A stretch of DNA of 64,000 nucleotides, from positions 39,308,001-39,372,000 of the forward strand of contig NC_043002.1 in the NCBI RefSeq assembly GCF_006345805.1. Direction: 5' to 3'. The position numbers and the translations under genes were made by a program. This document shows, piece after piece, positions 59,415-64,000 of the stretch. Within the stretch, counting starts at the first letter, position 1; each line of letters begins with the position of its first letter. A model generated the notes under the pieces. The model worked only from the letters and a program-made list of their open reading frames with translations, was not told the DNA's origin and searched no databases. This DNA comes from Octopus sinensis (taxonomy: Eukaryota).

Positions 59415-59855
59415 ATGAGGACAGCTGCATAAAGAAGTGCTGAGCTCTAATTGTGGAGGGTACCTGTGCAAGGGGTACACCTAGGAAGAAGTGGGATGAT
59501 GTGGTGAGAAAGGATCTTTGGATGCTGGGCTTCACTGGGGAAAAGATAAGGGATCAGGAGATGTGATGATTCGCTGCACTAGATAAGACATGTTAAGCTA
59601 AGTAAAATCACTGTCTTCCACATACACAGGTTTGTCCCTTCAGGTGCTGGTTCCACATAAAAAGCACTTGTGCTGATGCTGCATAATCACATCCAGTACA
59701 CTCTGTCCAGTGGTTGGCATTAGGAAGGGCATCCATCCATAGAAATCATATCACAACAAACAGTTGGAGTCTGAACAGCTCCCTGCAAGTCAGCTCCATG
59801 TCAGACTGTCCAACCCATGCCAGCATGGAAAGCCAACATTAAATGGTGATGATGA
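59415..59855 (+). mobile_element. RTE 3' fragment
   Basis: Same structure as 49700-50150. Confidence 0.75.
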
Positions 59856-60509
59856 AGAATTGATGGCATGTAAGACTCACTTTTTCTAAAAATAAAAAAA
59901 AGCCTCAAAAAATTACTCCAGGTCCTTTATGCTTAGTTGGGCATCCCATAAGCTAATTTTGTGCTTGATGTTGTAAATCATAAAGGATATTTTCACTGCC
60001 ATATTTTTTACTATCATCATCATCATTGTTTAACGTCCGTTTTTCCATGCTAGCATGAGTTATGTTCAGCTTTACTGCTAACTTACATTTTATAGACTGC
60101 AATGTTTTCTGCTATAGCTAAGGTACTTTTATAATGTTTTGTAATGTATGCTACATTATTTTAAATATTACAAGCTATCAAAACATGCTATTTTATGTAC
60201 CAAAACACTGAAAACACTCAATATTCACTGTAAAGTGGTTGGTGTTAGAAAGGGTATCCAGCTGTAGAAACCAAGCCAAAATCAGACTGAAACCTGGTGC
60301 AGCTCTCCAGCTTACCAGCTCCAGTTAAACCATCTAACTTATGCCAGCATGGAAAATAGATGTTAAATGATGATGATTAAAGCATATAATACCTAAAGTA
60401 ATCAACTAAAAACGTTTTTCCTGAATATGCACTGCAGAAACTGGGGTCCATCTTAATATCCCTATGTATCTTTTATGCCATCAAATATGCTAATTCAATT
60501 AAAACATTA

Positions 60510-60940
60510 TTACCATCATCATCATCCACCTTCCAAACTGGCATGAGTTGGACAGTTTGTTAGGACCTGGCCAGGCAGAAGCTTGCACCATACATCGGTG
60601 TCTGTTTTGGCATGGTATTTTACGGCTGGATGTCCTTCCTAACACCAACCACTTCAGAGACTGGGCTGAGTGCTTTTTACGTGGCACCAGCACAGGTGAG
60701 GTCAGCTTTGACATGGTTTTTACAGCTGAATGCTCTTCCAAATGCCAAACACTTTACTGTGTGGACCGGATGCTTTTTAAGTGGCACCTGCACTGGCAGG
60801 GTCACCAAGTAACTTTGCAAGACAAGGAATCTTTGAGAGGAGGAATTGGAGGAGGTGATCTTGTGCCAAGTGATGAAAAGTTAGTGTAACAGAGAGAAAG
60901 AAACAGATATCTTGCTGTAGAAGAAGTACATGGCTACCCA
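60510..60940 (-). mobile_element. Old RTE-like 3' UTR copy
   Basis: (cat)n tail and ccttcctaacaccaaccac motif. Confidence 0.65.
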
Positions 60941-61661
60941 GAGAGAGAAAGAGAGTAGAAATAAAGGATCCTAGTTTGAGCTAGGTCTGGCACTAAACAA
61001 TATCAAGAAAGATAAAATTGTCAGAAACAACCTTGACAAACTAATAAAAATTCATAAAACTGAACCAATGGCAAAAACTACTATATCGTCATTCCATCTG
61101 CTAAAAATAGAGTTATGTGGCTTAGAGTATGACACTAAATTTGTAATATCTATCAAACCTAATTGTCATGCTAGTAAAAACAATACCCCAAAGCTTAGCA
61201 ATGTGTAACAAGTGCAGTTATTCATAGTGAAGCCAGCCTAGTAATTCATGTCAAAGCAAATACAACATGGTTACCCAGAGAGAGAGAGTAGAAATAAAGG
61301 ATCCTAGTTTGAGCTAGGTCTGGTACTATGTACAGACAAGAATAGATACCCTGATGACGCAGCGAACAAATGTTAGACTAGCGGTTGGAATTTTTTTTTT
61401 TCTATCTTCTTTTTTCCCCTTCCTCTTCTAAACATTAAGATAATGATGTTAATAATATACATGTAAGAAACAAACAACATCAAGAAAGATAGACTTGTCA
61501 GAAACAACCTTGACAAACTTGAACACAGATTCAAGTTAACACATCACTACATCATTGTAATGCTGAAGCTATTAGGAAGGAAGGCATTCATATCAATCAA
61601 CATGGAAGAAAAGAGAGCATGCTCAGCTTCCAGCATTCATATTCAGTCAACAGTAACTGTT

Positions 61662-62060
61662 CATCATCATCGTTTAACGTCCGTTCTCCATGCTAGCATG
61701 GGTTGGACAGTTTGACCGGGGATCTGGGAAGCCAGAAGGCTGCACCAGGCTCCAGTCTGATCTGGCAGTGTTTCTACAGCTGGATGCCCTTCCTAACGCC
61801 AACCACTCCGTGAGTGTAGTGGGTGCTTTTTACGTGCCACCTGCACAGGTGCCAGGCAAGGCTGGCAACGGCCACGATCGGATTGGTGCATTTTACGTGA
61901 CATCGGCACGGAAGCCAGTCAAGGTGGCGCTGGCAACGGCCACGATCGGATTGGTGCATTTTACGTGCCACCGGCACGGAAGCCAGTCAAGGCAGCGCTG
62001 GCATCGGCCACGATCGGATTGGTGCATTTTACATGCCACCGGCACGGAAGCCAGTCATCT
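61662..62060 (-). mobile_element. Young RTE 3' UTR copy with several minisatellite units
   Basis: catcatcgtttaacgtccgttctccatgctagcatgggttggac...; repeated units of about 55 bp. Confidence 0.87.
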
Positions 62061-62797
62061 GAACGTGAGATATTGAACATGATCTCAACACAAACTCGAG
62101 TAAGCTGTCCAACTTGTACATACACACAACATATTAAGACAATGTGTTTGTTTGCATTATGTTTCATCAGCTTTTTGGACACGTAATTCATTCCTAGCTC
62201 ACTAAGAACTGTTCGTTCTTGTATTTAAACAGTAAACAGAGAATTTGTTGATGGGCACACATCAAGGGGCTACAACATGGGGTCAGGGACAGCAAGAACT
62301 CTACTCGATTCATACAAGAGAGATTTGTGTGGTGATCTGCCTTTCACGAAGATCGTTTTAAATAACCATTATAAGATATCAGTCTTCATTATCCATGTAA
62401 TCAACATGTGAATACATAAAGAACTGGAATCCTAATTACTGCTTTTGTTTGTCTGTTCAAGTGGTTACTTATAGCCATTCCAGGATCACTGTACTCTTTA
62501 TATTTTGCAGATTGTGAACATTTGATGTTCAAAATAAAAATCAGAAGGGGGATTTTCGAAATGCAAAAGAAGTTTGAGGTTATGGTCTAAACCAGTGATT
62601 CCCAAACCGTTTCAGTCTTCACGTTTAAGCACCCCATATAAGCCCTCGTATCATTTTTCTTTTTTTTAATCTTTTTTTACGCATTTTCCTTGTACACACA
62701 GGAATTCATACGATTGTGCAAAAACCAAAAAAAAAAAAAAATTCTTTTAGTGCGTATTTTAAAAGTTATTTAGCTACATTTTAATCTGTAATTTTAC

Positions 62798-63070
62798 CGT
62801 TATTTTTAGCACATCTCAACTTGATACCCTCCTCATTTGTTTGTCACTGACGTACTATTTAAGCCAAAAATTCGGACTGTCGAGAACATCGCCAAACAGT
62901 TTCCTAAAAGTTATGAGGGAAAAACTCGGATCTTGTGAATTTTCCGAGGTCCTCTCCCCACCTCCCGTTGCTTTGTGCGCATTTTTTTTTTCTCTCATAT
63001 TCGTTTCTAACACATTTGTTTACACTCGTTGCAGTATTTTTTTCTGATTTTCGCTTCCGGATCAAGTCGT
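62798..63070 (-). promoter_or_regulatory. Probable RRN3 promoter and non-coding exon 1
   Basis: Local CpG enrichment, ETS-like CCGGAAG (plus-strand cttccgg near 63054-63060), CRE-like tgacgtac near 62847, candidate donor acg|gtaaaa at 62796-62797. Transcription start not determinable from sequence. Confidence 0.55.
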
Positions 63071-63089
63071 AACAACCGAAACTATGCCG

Positions 63090-63181
63090 TAAACATTAAA
63101 CAAAATGGCTTTACATAAGTGAAAAAAAATGGTTTTTTTTTTTTTTTTTCACTTATGTAAAGCCATTTTAGTTAATGTTTA
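63090..63181. repeat. Near-perfect inverted repeat (about 40-bp stem)
   Basis: aaacattaaacaaaatggctttacataagtgaaaaaaaa / ttttttttcacttatgtaaagccattttagttaatgttt, 2 mismatches. Confidence 0.95.
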
Positions 63182-63209
63182 ATTTCTGAAGTAAATTTAA
63201 GACGAAACA

Positions 63210-63387
63210 ATAAATTTAAGTCAGTCATTTATTGACAATACATGTGTACAGTCTGAAAACAACTCACATAGTATGTTTTCCTGCGACTTCTTAACCAAGA
63301 TTCTAACACCCAAAGCAATGAATTGTAATCATATTATTAAACGCCGATAAATTGTCATGTATTCATTAGAAACGTAAATTAATGCTT

Positions 63388-63450
<63 letters not shown>

Positions 63451-63690
63451 ACCGATATCATAAGAAGACTGCATGCAGTAAAATCGCTGTAGTGAACCAG
63501 AATCACATTTCCATCTGTTTCATTGCAAATGTTCAAGCTGTTCATTGTCTGCACTAATTTCACTAATCTAAAGTATTTGCAAAGGACCTCCTCTGATAAA
63601 TTTATAAATAAGCTAATAAGGGAACTTAACAGCCAAAAAACCGTCTTTAAATCAGACCCCCAAATGTCTTCCAATAAGAACAGAGTTACC
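63210..63690 (-). other. Possible 3'-terminal exon of an upstream minus-strand gene
   Basis: Poly-T tract and aag acceptor near 63691; AATAAA on the minus strand at 63228-63233; frame 0 is open for about 80 codons. Confidence 0.35.
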
Positions 63691-64000
63691 TTGTTACAGA
63701 TATACAAAAAAAAAAAAAAAAGGCGAGATGGTCACGGCTGAAGAACATTTTGTCACAGATATGCTACATAAGTGATAACCTGAAGGCTAAGCAACAACTT
63801 TTAAGAAATATTTGTAAGAGAATATGCATACATAGGAAATATAGTGAGGAAAGATAATTCCAGCCATATACATTACGACCACGTGTTACAATGTTTAAAT
63901 AAAATATGGTATAAGAAAATAAGAAAAAAAAGCAGACATTTTTGCAAGTACAATTGGAGTTTTAGGGGTGAAAATTTATTTTTAAAACTATAAAAATTAC

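Noticed and set aside
61352-61372. ctgatgacgcagcgaac hammerhead-like string (also ctgatgaaac near 26663)
   Set aside because: No viable stem II or stem I, and no complete GAAAC/NUH.

Overview
AT-rich, repeat-dense eukaryotic DNA; the SINE/RTE repertoire suggests a coleoid cephalopod such as Octopus (inference from recalled repeat families). Most of the window is one minus-strand gene, RRN3 (TIF-IA, the RNA polymerase I initiation factor). I reconstructed 15 coding exons by hand (59316 to 8750, all GT-AG, phases consistent, 1839 nt, 612 aa), with a probable non-coding first exon and promoter near 62.8-63.1 kb. Introns and flanks hold tRNA-derived SINEs, RTE and CR1 LINE fragments, mariner/maT elements, Helitrons, TTAA-flanked MITEs and microsatellites. 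The most notable signal is a set of Penelope-type elements from three apparently distinct families carrying minimal type I hammerhead ribozyme motifs. One is a TSD-flanked, head-to-head palindromic tRNA-SINE plus hammerhead element (43654-44150), with a collapsed sister copy at 26458-26556. Also seen: a possible decayed gene at 1.4-3.2 kb, a 5-copy higher-order repeat of an RTE 3' end, a templated inverted insertion, and a long hairpin between an upstream polyA signal and the RRN3 promoter.
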